A model generated the notes under the pieces. The model did no database searches and had not been told where the DNA came from. It was given only the letters and a program-made list of their open reading frames with translations. This document shows, piece by piece, positions 17,405 through 26,886 of a stretch of DNA of 33,218 nucleotides. Within the stretch, counting starts at the first letter, position 1. Every line of letters starts with the position of its first letter. The stretch is from an uncultured Clostridium sp. (GTDB lineage Bacteria > Bacillota > Clostridia > TANB77 > CAG-508), in contig CAOJZE010000003.1 of the NCBI GenBank assembly GCA_948466095.1, forward strand, positions 1 to 33,218, read 5' to 3'. The translations under genes were made by a program, and so were the position numbers.

Positions 17405-18409
17405 TTATCCTGCTGTTGCCAATTCTTCTTTTATTTTTTCTAATTCTTCTTTTTTAATTTTAGTTGTCTGTAATATGATTTTTTCATCTAGCTTTATACT
17501 CATCATATTTTTGGCAATTTCCTTTTGACTTTCCTTTCGTATACGCCTATGATTTTCCGCCCTCATTTTGTTTATTAAACTTTCTAGTCTATCCATCTCT
17601 TTTTCACCTACCTTTCTTTCTATTTTTTCTAATAATTTTTGCTGTATTTCTTCTTCTAATGTATCTTCCAATAAATAGCTTATAATATTAACGAATTCTT
17701 CCAATATTTTTTTATTTTGAGTGGATTGAATAATAATTTCTAAATTCTCAACTAATTCCTCACTACTTTGCGCTTTTTCAAGAAACATGATATAACCAAA
17801 CATAGAATTTTTTTGTAATAACATCTGTTTTGGAAGCTTGTTAATATCAATAAAATTATATTCTAACTCTATTTGATATCTTTCAAACACATAATCACCA
17901 ATTTGTTTTTCTCGGAAATTTCTTGGCATTTTCCATTTTTGGTTTCCTGTGTAAATAACAATGGGAACGATAATTGGATATCTTGTATTTTTTCCAATCT
18001 TTTTATTTCGACTCCATTCTTGCATAATATCTAAGCAGTAATTTAACATTCTGTAGGGCATATTGTAATCTATGGTAGATTGATGTTCAATTAAGAAAAA
18101 AATCTCTTGATTCTTTAGCTTATATACTAAATCTGCTTCTTTTGATTTATATTTTTTAGTAATATAACTATTGGTATAGCGAATTAATTCCTCCTCTTTA
18201 ACTTTTTCTCTTGGTACAACAAACTGATTAATAAATTGTGTAACCTCTTCTTTATCCTGTAATATGTTTTTAATTAATTTATCATGTGAATATTTTTTTT
18301 CCACTTGATTTAAGTTATATTTTGCACTTTCTTCTGCTAATTGCATAACCGCGTTTAATCTTAATGTATGAATACATTTTATATATTGTCCATAAGTAAA
18401 AACCTTCAA
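17405..18409 (-). CDS. Rpn / YhgA-like (Transposase_31) PD-(D/E)xK nuclease
   Basis: HDKLIK...ADLVY...FLIEHQS...MPYRMLNY...PIVIYTG...W motifs and a C-terminal EIAKNM...I..TT tail. Confidence 0.85.
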   Translation of the reverse strand: MKVFTYGQYIKCIHTLRLNAVMQLAEESAKYNLNQVEKKYSHDKLIKNILQDKEEVTQFINQFVVPREKVKEEELIRYTNSYITKKYKSKEADLVYKLKNQEIFFLIEHQSTIDYNMPYRMLNYCLDIMQEWSRNKKIGKNTRYPIIVPIVIYTGNQKWKMPRNFREKQIGDYVFERYQIELEYNFIDINKLPKQMLLQKNSMFGYIMFLEKAQSSEELVENLEIIIQSTQNKKILEEFVNIISYLLEDTLEEEIQQKLLEKIERKVGEKEMDRLESLINKMRAENHRRIRKESQKEIAKNMMSIKLDEKIILQTTKIKKEELEKIKEELATAG

Positions 18410-18665
18410 TATGATTCCTCCTATATTTTATCTTAATTTTATTTCATTGTCAAGTTTGATAAATAGGTAAATTTGTTTTTTTGTCTTTTGTTCTTTTTTA
18501 TGGAAAATTTGTTACTAATTTGGAATTAAATTTTGAATTAAATTTTTTGATGTATTTTTTGCTAGATATGAAAACTAATTAGTATTAAAACATCAAATAG
18601 GAAGAATTGCAACCCTTTCTACAAATCTTCCTATCTTTTGACATTTTTTCTATAATTTCTACTTT

Positions 18666-19147
18666 TTATTTATCAAAATAACGACTAATTTCTTCTAATC
18701 CCTCAAAATTTTTCTGTCGATAAACATCGTATACAACAATATTAACAGAATTAGCAAGATTTAAGGATCTTAATGTCGGTCTCATTGGAATGCGAATCGT
18801 TTTATCGATATATTTATGTAACAAATTCTCTGGTAAGCCTTTTGTTTCCTTACCAAACAACAAAAATATCTCCTCTTTATCTTTATAATTAGGAGCTGAA
18901 TAAATCTGTTTTCCCTTTGTTGTCACAAAAAACATTTCATTTTCTTCTGGTTTATGTTTTTCTAAAAACGCATCTAATGATTTATGCTCCTCCATTTCTA
19001 CCTTATCCCAATAATCCAACCCAGCCCTTTTAACAGCCTTATCTGATACGTCAAATCCCAATGGATGTATCAAATGCAATTTAGCCCCTGTTGCTGCACA
19101 AGTTCTTGCTATATTTCCTGTATTTTGTGGTATCTCTGGTTCTGGTA
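18666..19147 (-). pseudogene. trmL: tRNA (cytidine/uridine-34-2'-O)-methyltransferase TrmL, 5' end removed by element 2
   Basis: EPEIPQNTGNIARTC...LHLIHPLGF...KRAGLDYW...FGKETKGLP...IRIPM...RSLNLANSV. An in-frame TAG sits just upstream of the EPEIP motif and there is no start codon, so the first few codons are missing. Confidence 0.88.
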
Positions 19148-19228
19148 AGTACCCCTATGTGCGAACCAACATTTTAAACTAGAACATATATAGATCTTAA
19201 AAAATTCATATATTAGATACATTCTTTA

Positions 19229-21571
19229 TTAAGGTTCTATTTCATTTCCTTTGTTTTTTTGTTTTTTAATTTCTAGTTTCTTTTCCATTTTTTTTAATTT
19301 ATTAAATGTTTGTATTGAAATTTGAGTTCCTTTATTTATCCAACTAGCTACTGTGTTTTCATTTACTTTTACTATTTTAGCAAATTGCCTTATATTTAAA
19401 TTGTTTTCTTTCATATATTGTTTTATTTTTTCATTTGGATTAGTATTTAAAAATTTTATATATTCTGGAACTTTTACTTTTTCTTCATTCATACCTAATA
19501 TTTTGATTATTTTATTAACCATATCTTGATTTTGAAATTTCAATCTTTTATTTTCATATTTTATATACGTACTCTCATCCATTCCAAGTTCTTTTGCTAA
19601 ATCTTTTTTATACATTTTATTTGCCTCTCTATATTCTTTAACATAATCTGCAAATTCTTTTTCCTTTTCTGTAAATTCATTAACAAAAGTTCTTTTTTCA
19701 GTATCATACTTTAATGGTTCTACTAAAATTCCTTTATCTTTAACTTTTTTAAAAATATTAGATATTGCATCACTTTTTGAACAAATTTCTATTGTTGCTT
19801 TTTCTACTTGCTTACTTTTATGTTCTTTTCCCTCTAACTTATCATTTTCATTTAAATTATTATTATAATACCACTTCTTTAATGTTTGCTCAAGTTTTGT
19901 ATTAAGAAAATTTAATTCTACTGAGTGACTATTTATTACATAAGCACTTTCTACAAACATATTTAAAATATCTTTTTTATCTTTTAAAGTTAGTTCATCA
20001 TATTTATCAAAACAATTATTTATTATATTCAAAATAAATTTTGCTGTATCTGACTCATTGTTTTTATGCTTACCTTCTTTTTCTAATATACACAATTTTT
20101 GTTCAATAGTTTCATTTTCTTTTTTTAGCCTTTTTATTTCTGTATTTACTACATCTATTATTTCTATATCTATATATTTCATTTTTTCAACTAAATTTCT
20201 AATTTCTTCATTATTTTTATTTATCTTTCTTCTTAATGAATCCACTTCTTCATTTTGATTGATTTCTTTTTTAGAAATTGCCATATTCTTTAATTCTTTA
20301 TACACTTCAGAATTTGGTATAAATACAGATTTTAAAATATTTACAATACTGCTATCTAACTCTCGCCCTGATAAATTATTTCCTTTGCAAAATAAACCTT
20401 TTGATTTTATTTTCTTTTCACAAATATAATAATATCTTTTATCGCCGTTTTGATAATCTTTGCTAGATGTTGCTATTTTCATTCTATCATGACAACTACC
20501 ACATCTTAACAATCCAGAAAATACAACATTATTTTTACTAAATGTTGCTGCTTTATAACGAATATCCTGTCTATTAGCTTCTAATATTCTTTGAACTTGT
20601 ACCCATTTTTGACCTTCTATAAATCCTTCATGTAAACCTACTGCTACAATCCAATCTTCAAAATTCTTTTTTAATTTACTATTTTTTCTTTTATTATATG
20701 CTAGTAATCCATACTTTCCATCAAATTTGTCTCTTCCATCTTGCTCTGCATATATATTTAAACCTTTTTCATTAAAAAAATTTAAAACTTCTAAATCATT
20801 TTTAGCATATACTGGATTTGACAATATTATTTTTAATGTAAACTTACTAAAATTTTTCCCTCTTTTTGTTTTTATGTTATTTACTAAACAATAATATTCT
20901 AATTGTGATAATGATTTAAACTCTAAATATTTGTCATAAAGAAATTTTATTAAGTCTTTTTCCTTTTTGTCTGTTACTAACTTACAAGCTTTTTTAGCTT
21001 TTTTTTCAAGGACATTATCAGAATCTTCTGCCTTTTCACATACTTGTATTAATTCATATCTCTCTGACTTAAATCCTGTAGGTGGATCACCTCCTAACCA
21101 TCTTCCCATTTTTGCAAGTTCTAACATATTATCTCGTATTCTTTCTGCTATTACTTCTCTTTCAAGTTGAGCAAATACACTTGCTATATACATCATTGCT
21201 CTACCCATTGGGGTTTTTGTGTCAAACTGTTCTTTAATTGAAACAAAACTTGTATCTACTGCTGTTAATTCTTCCATTAAATTTGAAAAATTTGCTATAT
21301 TTCTGCTTATCCTATCAAGCCTATAACATATTAAAACATCGTATGGATTTTCCCTTTGGTCTCTTAAAAATTCTCTAAAATGTGGTCTATCAATATTGCC
21401 TCCAGAAAATCCCTCGTCTTCATATTCTTTTATTTCAACATCATATTTTTCACTTGGATAATGTGTTTTTATATATTCTCTTGCCAATTCTATTTGATTT
21501 CCAATAGAATCTCCCTTGTCAGTATATTTTGATTTTCTTGAATATATAGCAATTCTTATTTTCTTTTTCAT
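19229..21571 (-). CDS. Large serine recombinase with two C-terminal XRE-type HTH domains
   Basis: AIYSRKS, RLDRISR and CGSC zinc ribbon, collinear with 9465-11291. Extra tail with YREANKMYKKDLAKELGMDESTYIKYEN and NLNIRQFAKIVKVNENTVASWIN. Confidence 0.93.
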   Translation of the reverse strand: MKKKIRIAIYSRKSKYTDKGDSIGNQIELAREYIKTHYPSEKYDVEIKEYEDEGFSGGNIDRPHFREFLRDQRENPYDVLICYRLDRISRNIANFSNLMEELTAVDTSFVSIKEQFDTKTPMGRAMMYIASVFAQLEREVIAERIRDNMLELAKMGRWLGGDPPTGFKSERYELIQVCEKAEDSDNVLEKKAKKACKLVTDKKEKDLIKFLYDKYLEFKSLSQLEYYCLVNNIKTKRGKNFSKFTLKIILSNPVYAKNDLEVLNFFNEKGLNIYAEQDGRDKFDGKYGLLAYNKRKNSKLKKNFEDWIVAVGLHEGFIEGQKWVQVQRILEANRQDIRYKAATFSKNNVVFSGLLRCGSCHDRMKIATSSKDYQNGDKRYYYICEKKIKSKGLFCKGNNLSGRELDSSIVNILKSVFIPNSEVYKELKNMAISKKEINQNEEVDSLRRKINKNNEEIRNLVEKMKYIDIEIIDVVNTEIKRLKKENETIEQKLCILEKEGKHKNNESDTAKFILNIINNCFDKYDELTLKDKKDILNMFVESAYVINSHSVELNFLNTKLEQTLKKWYYNNNLNENDKLEGKEHKSKQVEKATIEICSKSDAISNIFKKVKDKGILVEPLKYDTEKRTFVNEFTEKEKEFADYVKEYREANKMYKKDLAKELGMDESTYIKYENKRLKFQNQDMVNKIIKILGMNEEKVKVPEYIKFLNTNPNEKIKQYMKENNLNIRQFAKIVKVNENTVASWINKGTQISIQTFNKLKKMEKKLEIKKQKNKGNEIEP

Positions 21572-21582
21572 TACTATTGACT

Positions 21583-21744
21583 TTATTCATGGGTTTTTAA
21601 ATATTCTAATATTTCATTTTTTAACTTTATTTTATCTTTATAGCTTATATCTAAATCTTCAATACTTTTTTTTATTAACATTGCTTTTATAAAAGCAATG
21701 TTATTCACATCATCTTCATTTACCTTATTTATTCTTATATTCAT
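21583..21744 (-). CDS. Small protein, candidate directionality factor (paralog of 14832-14993)
   Basis: NIAFIKAMLIKKSIEDLDISYKDKIKLKNEILEYL, ending 11 bp upstream of the recombinase start. Confidence 0.75.
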   Translation of the reverse strand: MNIRINKVNEDDVNNIAFIKAMLIKKSIEDLDISYKDKIKLKNEILEYLKTHE

Positions 21745-21802
21745 ATTCTCTTCCTTATACAAAAACAAACATACATAAATTAGTATCTATATATATTTAT
21801 TT

Positions 21803-22219
21803 TTAAATTTTCCAACTTATTTTTTTAGGAACATCATTTGTTACAGTTACATCATTTTTCAATTGATATGCTTTTGTTTTATTATTATAATCATATATAG
21901 AAGTGTTCCAATTTCTAAAACTTCTATTACTTATCATTTTTCTACTTGATAACTCCATTGTAGCTTGTAAGTGCATCTTTTTTATATATTCATTAAAAAT
22001 CCTTTCTCGCATTCTTTTGTTTTTTATATATTTTTTTGTTTCTTCCCTATTCTTTGTTTTATTTATACTTTTTCGCTTTTGTTTCTCTAAAATATATCTT
22101 TCATCACTTTTTATAACTTCTGTAATATATGCTTTTGATACATTCAAATCTTTTGCTATTTCAGTCGGCAAAAAACCCTTTTCATAATATAAAAAAATTA
22201 TTTGTTGCTTTTTATTCAT
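21803..22219 (-). CDS. Basic HTH-containing DNA-binding protein
   Basis: N-terminal LYYEKGFLPTEIAKDLNVSKAYITEVIK HTH. Confidence 0.7.
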   Translation of the reverse strand: MNKKQQIIFLYYEKGFLPTEIAKDLNVSKAYITEVIKSDERYILEKQKRKSINKTKNREETKKYIKNKRMRERIFNEYIKKMHLQATMELSSRKMISNRSFRNWNTSIYDYNNKTKAYQLKNDVTVTNDVPKKISWKI

Positions 22220-22294
22220 TATTTTTCCTTTACTTAATTTTTTACTAACAACTTTTTTTCATGACTGTATAATATAACACCAATAAATGTTATA

Positions 22295-22462
22295 TTAATT
22301 AATCTCTAAATCTTTCATTGCTTTTTTAAATTCTTGTTTGTCCATTTTTGATAATGCTTTTACAGTATTACTTTTTTGTCTGTTTAATTCTTTAATATTT
22401 CTTATTATGTTACAAGTAAAGAATCCTATTGTAAATCCAAGAATAAATAATACAAAACCCAT
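22295..22462 (-). CDS. Small membrane protein
   Basis: ATG after GGGAGG, N-terminal hydrophobic helix. Confidence 0.6.
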   Translation of the reverse strand: MGFVLFILGFTIGFFTCNIIRNIKELNRQKSNTVKALSKMDKQEFKKAMKDLEIN

Positions 22463-22558
22463 TTTGTAATAATCCTCCCTTCTTTTTCTCTTTAATAAAT
22501 AAGAGTGCAATTACAAAATGCGATTGAGCATTTTTATTAAAATTTTTAATATTTTTTA

Positions 22559-22590
22559 AAAGAGTTTCAACTTATGCGTTGAAACTCTTT
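22559..22590 (-). terminator. Intrinsic terminator
   Basis: AAAGAGTTTCAAC-TTATGC-GTTGAAACTCTTT. Confidence 0.7.
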
Positions 22591-22594
22591 TATT

Positions 22595-22768
22595 TTATCT
22601 ATTTCTTGTTAATGTCTTGAATATATTAAAAACTATTTCTTGATATAAATCTTCATCAAATTTCATACTTACTTTACAATGTCTTTTTATTAAATTTTGA
22701 TATGTATCTATGATATTCATTACCTCTTCATCAGTTAATGTAAAATTATTAAATATTTCTTTTTTCAT
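22595..22768 (-). CDS. Small conjugative-transposon-type HTH protein (Tn916 Orf8-like), 57 aa
   Basis: MKKEIFNNFTLTDEEVMNIIDTYQNLIKRHCKVSMKFDEDLYQEIVFNIFKTLTRNR. Overlaps the end of the sigma-like gene. Not in the ORF track. Confidence 0.6.
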   Translation of the reverse strand: MKKEIFNNFTLTDEEVMNIIDTYQNLIKRHCKVSMKFDEDLYQEIVFNIFKTLTRNR

Positions 22769-23192
22769 TTCCACTATTCTCCTTTTCTAAACTTTCTTTA
22801 ATTTTCGCCAATGCAGAATCTTTATATTTTCTTATTGTTCTTCTATTCTTGCTTTCTTGTACTGCTATTTGAGAAATGTTTTTTTGCTCTTGAAATAAAT
22901 AAAAAAGCACTTCCTTTTCTTCTTTTGGTAGTACTTTCACTAATTTATATAGATCTGGGTTTGACAATACTTTTTCAAATGCATCCTTTTTTACATTTTT
23001 TTGTTCCTTTATTTCTATTTCTTCAAAATAGTTTTCTTCATCAATTTTTATATTTTCGTTTAATATTATGTTTGGGTTATTAATTATCTCCTTATTTTTC
23101 CTTAAGTACATATTTTTTGCATTTATAACTATACATTCAAGATATTTCTTCTCGTACATATTTAAACTTTCTTTTGTATAATCTTTTTTCAT
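22749..23192 (-). CDS. Sigma-70 region-4-like DNA-binding protein (Tn916 Orf7-like)
   Basis: LYKLVKVLPKEEKEVLFYLFQEQKNISQIA...TIRKYKDSALAKIK region-4 pattern, GGAGG RBS. Confidence 0.75.
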   Translation of the reverse strand: MKKDYTKESLNMYEKKYLECIVINAKNMYLRKNKEIINNPNIILNENIKIDEENYFEEIEIKEQKNVKKDAFEKVLSNPDLYKLVKVLPKEEKEVLFYLFQEQKNISQIAVQESKNRRTIRKYKDSALAKIKESLEKENSGNEKRNI

Positions 23193-23392
23193 ATACAACC
23201 TCCAAAACTCAATTTGGCAAAAACCTATTGAGTTTTAGAGGTCAAAAAAGCATTAGACTTTTTAATTCCTCTGTATTCTATAAAAAAAGCTAACTATCAT
23301 CATAAAATCTCATAAAAACACACCTCCCTTTTCCAATTAGTAACAAATATAATCATTATATAAATAATCCTTTCAAAAATACCTATTTGACC

Positions 23393-23749
23393 TCAAAAAA
23401 CAAAATAGGCTTTTGCTAATTGGCATAATACAACATTTTGCAATAATTTCATGTCGCAATTAGCTGTCATAAAATGATACTTTTTACCTCTTCTTTTATT
23501 TTCTTGAGTTTTGGATTGAAAAATTTTTGTAAAAAAAGAAGAACTCTGTTGAGTTCTCCTAATCTTATATTTATATAATTCGTTTGCAATTATTACAAGT
23601 CTTTCAAAACTAATTCCATAAACTCCATTTTCAATATTAGACACATAAGATGCAGATGTTTGCAATTTATTTCCTAATTGTTCCTGTGTAATATTTAATG
23701 CATTTCTTTTTTTAGCAATTTTTTCTCCAATCTTTTTATAATCTACCAT
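23393..23749 (-). CDS. XRE family HTH regulator (C-terminus atypical)
   Basis: IGEKIAKKRNALNITQEQLGNKLQTSASYVSNIENG. Confidence 0.75.
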   Translation of the reverse strand: MVDYKKIGEKIAKKRNALNITQEQLGNKLQTSASYVSNIENGVYGISFERLVIIANELYKYKIRRTQQSSSFFTKIFQSKTQENKRRGKKYHFMTANCDMKLLQNVVLCQLAKAYFVF

Positions 23750-23855
23750 AACACATTATCTCCTTTTTTAGATAATATATTATGAATTTGTATTTTTTGG
23801 AATGTTGTAACGCAAACTTAATGTTTGTATCACTAACATTAAGTTTTAAAAAAAA

Positions 23856-24893
23856 TTACCATTTAATTTCTATATCTTTGTTATCTTTTATGTATTTAAC
23901 AATTTCCAAAAGTTCTTCTTTGTTTATTTCTTCTTTAAAATATAATCTTAAATATGGTTTTTGATTACCATGTAAAGTATTGTTTTTACTTATTGTATTG
24001 TTTTCATTTACTACATTATGTTTGTATAAAATCTCTATTACATAATATAAATAGCATTTGTTTTTTCTTGTTTGTGAAACATTAGCCACCTTATATATAC
24101 TAATATTTCTTATTTCTTTATTTGAAATTTTTATACTTTCTTCTTCTATAATTGCATTTATAATCCCTACTTTATATCGTTTGGGTAACATTTCTTTATA
24201 ACCAATTACAGATGTAGTATAAATTATTTCATTTTCTTTATATTTAAATCTTTGTTTTGAATTTATAGGAATTTTATATATCGTTTCTATATTTTCTTCT
24301 AATTCTTTTAAAACTATTTTCTTTTTAGTATAACTTCTATATATGTCATCTTCTTTTAATTCTTTGACTGCTATTTCTTTTAGTAATTCACTTATGTTCA
24401 TTATTTTGTCTTTTCGTGGTTTATAACAAAAAATTATAGAATTTGTTAATATTTTTACAATATCATCTCTAATTATATATTGATTATTTGTATTTCCTAA
24501 ATATGATATTTCCCATTTTCTATATAATTCTGTATTGTTTTCTAAATATGTATATATATAATCAAATAATAGTAGTAATTCGGTAGACATATCTTTAAAT
24601 TCTATGTCTATGTTAAACTTTAAAAAATAAGTCGCATGAATTTTATCTTTTACTAAATCGTAATACAATTTAATTTTTTCATTACAATGGTTTTTTACAC
24701 TCATTCTTCTTGTTGATCTTTTTTCTATATAATAACCTAATTTTTTCAATATAAGCAATATGTGTTCTAATATTATTTGCTCATATTTTTTTATGTTTTG
24801 TTCAATTATATTATAATTGTATTCTGGATCTGTACTTCTTTGTTTTTTATACAGAATCATATTATCTATTATTCCCTCTATCTTAAACAACAT
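23856..24893 (-). CDS. Hypothetical protein (345 aa)
   Basis: Long ORF with a GGAG RBS directly downstream of 24918-25514. No motif recognised. Confidence 0.65.
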   Translation of the reverse strand: MLFKIEGIIDNMILYKKQRSTDPEYNYNIIEQNIKKYEQIILEHILLILKKLGYYIEKRSTRRMSVKNHCNEKIKLYYDLVKDKIHATYFLKFNIDIEFKDMSTELLLLFDYIYTYLENNTELYRKWEISYLGNTNNQYIIRDDIVKILTNSIIFCYKPRKDKIMNISELLKEIAVKELKEDDIYRSYTKKKIVLKELEENIETIYKIPINSKQRFKYKENEIIYTTSVIGYKEMLPKRYKVGIINAIIEEESIKISNKEIRNISIYKVANVSQTRKNKCYLYYVIEILYKHNVVNENNTISKNNTLHGNQKPYLRLYFKEEINKEELLEIVKYIKDNKDIEIKW

Positions 24894-24917
24894 TTTTATA
24901 ATTCTCCATTTTTGTAT

Positions 24918-25514
24918 TTAATTATTTATATTGTTCCTTTTGACAAATTCAGCAATAAATTTAAAATTCCTAATTTTGCCATCTTCTCTTATAGGTAACT
25001 TTTTCTTTTGTTCTTTATTTTCATCATATAATTTCTGTATTGCATATCTAATGTTTCGTTCAATACATTCTTCTTTTGAATCATATTTTTGATTTATCAT
25101 TTTATAAATTGTTCCAATTTTTATGTTATTATTAAATTGTTCTGCGTATATTATTATTGCTTCTTTTAAAAATATATAACTTTTTCCTACTGGATGTTTT
25201 AAGTTTATAAAGATCTCATCAACTACTTTTTCATATTTTCTCCTCATAATGCCCTTTAAGTTCTCTACCAACTTTTTAAATTGTAATTTTGATACAAATT
25301 CGCATTCAAAAAAACTATATATTTGTTCATCCACAAATATGCCTACCTTTGAATTTCCTACATATTTCATATTAGTTATTTCATTATATGATATTTCTTC
25401 TGTTATTTTTTCATCTAAATAGTTTATTACTATTTTTTCATTTTTAAATGTTAATTCTAAATTTTTCTTTACTTCATTTGTTTTTAATATTTCATTAATT
25501 TTAAATTTTTTCAT
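24918..25514 (-). CDS. Protein with a C-terminal Spo0A DNA-binding-like domain and no receiver domain
   Basis: SYIFLKEAI...IYKMINQKYDSKEECIERNIRYAI...KIRNFKFIA parallels Spo0A GYLYLREAI...[24 protein letters not shown]...KPTNSEFIA. Confidence 0.72.
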   Translation of the reverse strand: MKKFKINEILKTNEVKKNLELTFKNEKIVINYLDEKITEEISYNEITNMKYVGNSKVGIFVDEQIYSFFECEFVSKLQFKKLVENLKGIMRRKYEKVVDEIFINLKHPVGKSYIFLKEAIIIYAEQFNNNIKIGTIYKMINQKYDSKEECIERNIRYAIQKLYDENKEQKKKLPIREDGKIRNFKFIAEFVKRNNINN

Positions 25515-25638
25515 TTGACTCCTTAATTTTCCAGTTTTCTTTTTGTAGTATATACAAGTTTTATCGTGTTGTCAACAGGTTTTATTTTTTCGTATAAATT
25601 GATAATATAATTCATATTATATATATAAAGGATTTACT

Positions 25639-25977
25639 ATGCAAATAGACAATGATATTATAAAAAACACTATAAGTTCCAACTTAAAACAATATCGTAT
25701 AAAAGCTAATTATACACAAGATGAACTTGCTGAGAAAGCTAATATTTCATTAAACTTTTTGCAAGATATTGAATATGGTCGTTCAAATGTTAGTATGGTA
25801 ACATTAGTAAACTTATGTAATGCTCTTAAAATTACTCCTAATGATTTTTTGAGAAATTTTCTCTCTAAAGATTTGGTAACAGATGAAAATCTTTCTCAAC
25901 AAATAAAACTTTTATCAGAACACGAAAAGAATGCTATTTATACTTTAATACAGTATTTCAATAATAATTGTGAATAG
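25639..25977 (+). CDS. XRE family HTH regulator
   Basis: LKQYRIKANYTQDELAEKANISLNFLQDIEYG. Confidence 0.87.
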   Translation: MQIDNDIIKNTISSNLKQYRIKANYTQDELAEKANISLNFLQDIEYGRSNVSMVTLVNLCNALKITPNDFLRNFLSKDLVTDENLSQQIKLLSEHEKNAIYTLIQYFNNNCE

Positions 25978-25984
25978 GTAACTT

Positions 25985-26167
25985 TTAGAATATGTTATGT
26001 TGTTTTAAATTATTGTATAATTTGGGACAACATTTTTTTATTATATATTCTATAATACAAATTACTACTGCTATTATAAGCATTATAGCACATACTTGTA
26101 ATTGAACTTGAACTGCTTGTTCATAAGTCATTCCTGAATCCATTAATTGAAGAATGGTCATTCCCAC
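25985..26167 (-). CDS. Small membrane protein
   Basis: GTG start after AAGGAGGG, single hydrophobic helix. Confidence 0.55.
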   Translation of the reverse strand: MGMTILQLMDSGMTYEQAVQVQLQVCAIMLIIAVVICIIEYIIKKCCPKLYNNLKQHNIF

Positions 26168-26406
26168 TTATACCCTCCTTTCTTTCTCTAATAAAATATT
26201 ATGTATTTTATTTAATACTTGTTTGTTTATATTTACACAGAACAACCATAATAAGTAAATGCTATTTACTTTTTTATTTTATCATATTTTTTATTCTTTT
26301 TCAAGCGTTGATTTTTAGTGATTTTTCATTTTTTAAAATATCAAGTACTATTGGATTTAATTAGTAGATATAAATTGCTATACTTTAATAGAAAGGATTG
26401 AAAATT

Positions 26407-26760
26407 ATGGCAGAAAAAAATCATATTAATTATATTAATAAACATATTGGATCTCAAATTTTAAAATATAGGACAAAAAATAGTATGACACAAGCTGAAC
26501 TTGCTGAAAAAACTGATACAACAGCAAAATTTATTTCACAACTTGAAAACGGAAAAACTGGTATTAGAATCGATACTCTTATAAAATATATTAATGCATT
26601 AAATATATCCCCTAATGAATTGTTTGATGGTTTATTTAATAATTCTCATCGTTTAAATACTACTTTAAAAAATAAAATACACGAATTAAATGATAAACAA
26701 AAAGATCTAGTTATAGATTTTATTAATATGATAATTAAATACGATAACATCATCAATTAA
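26407..26760 (+). CDS. XRE family HTH regulator
   Basis: ILKYRTKNSMTQAELAEKTDTTAKFISQLENG. Confidence 0.87.
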   Translation: MAEKNHINYINKHIGSQILKYRTKNSMTQAELAEKTDTTAKFISQLENGKTGIRIDTLIKYINALNISPNELFDGLFNNSHRLNTTLKNKIHELNDKQKDLVIDFINMIIKYDNIIN

Positions 26761-26796
26761 GTTTTTCCTTTTTTTTCCTTTTTTTTCCTTTTTATA

Positions 26797-26826
26797 TTGA
26801 CTTAGCTTTTTTTAATGTGTTATAAT
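26797..26826 (+). promoter_or_regulatory. SigA-type promoter
   Basis: TTGACT-18 nt-TATAAT with an extended TG. Confidence 0.6.
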
Positions 26827-26886
26827 ATATTTATCTTATTTAAAGATGCTGTTCGATGCTAAAGTGCAAATTCAGGAGGAAATATT

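Noticed and set aside
23467-23560. Possible +1 shift at AGG-A (23557-23560) in the XRE gene, giving a more helical tail GELNRVLLFLQKFF...
   Set aside because: In-frame AGG-A occurs in the intact ATPase (1269-1272) and ytaF (3490-3493), so AGGA is not an obligatory signal. No homology anchor is available to choose the frame.
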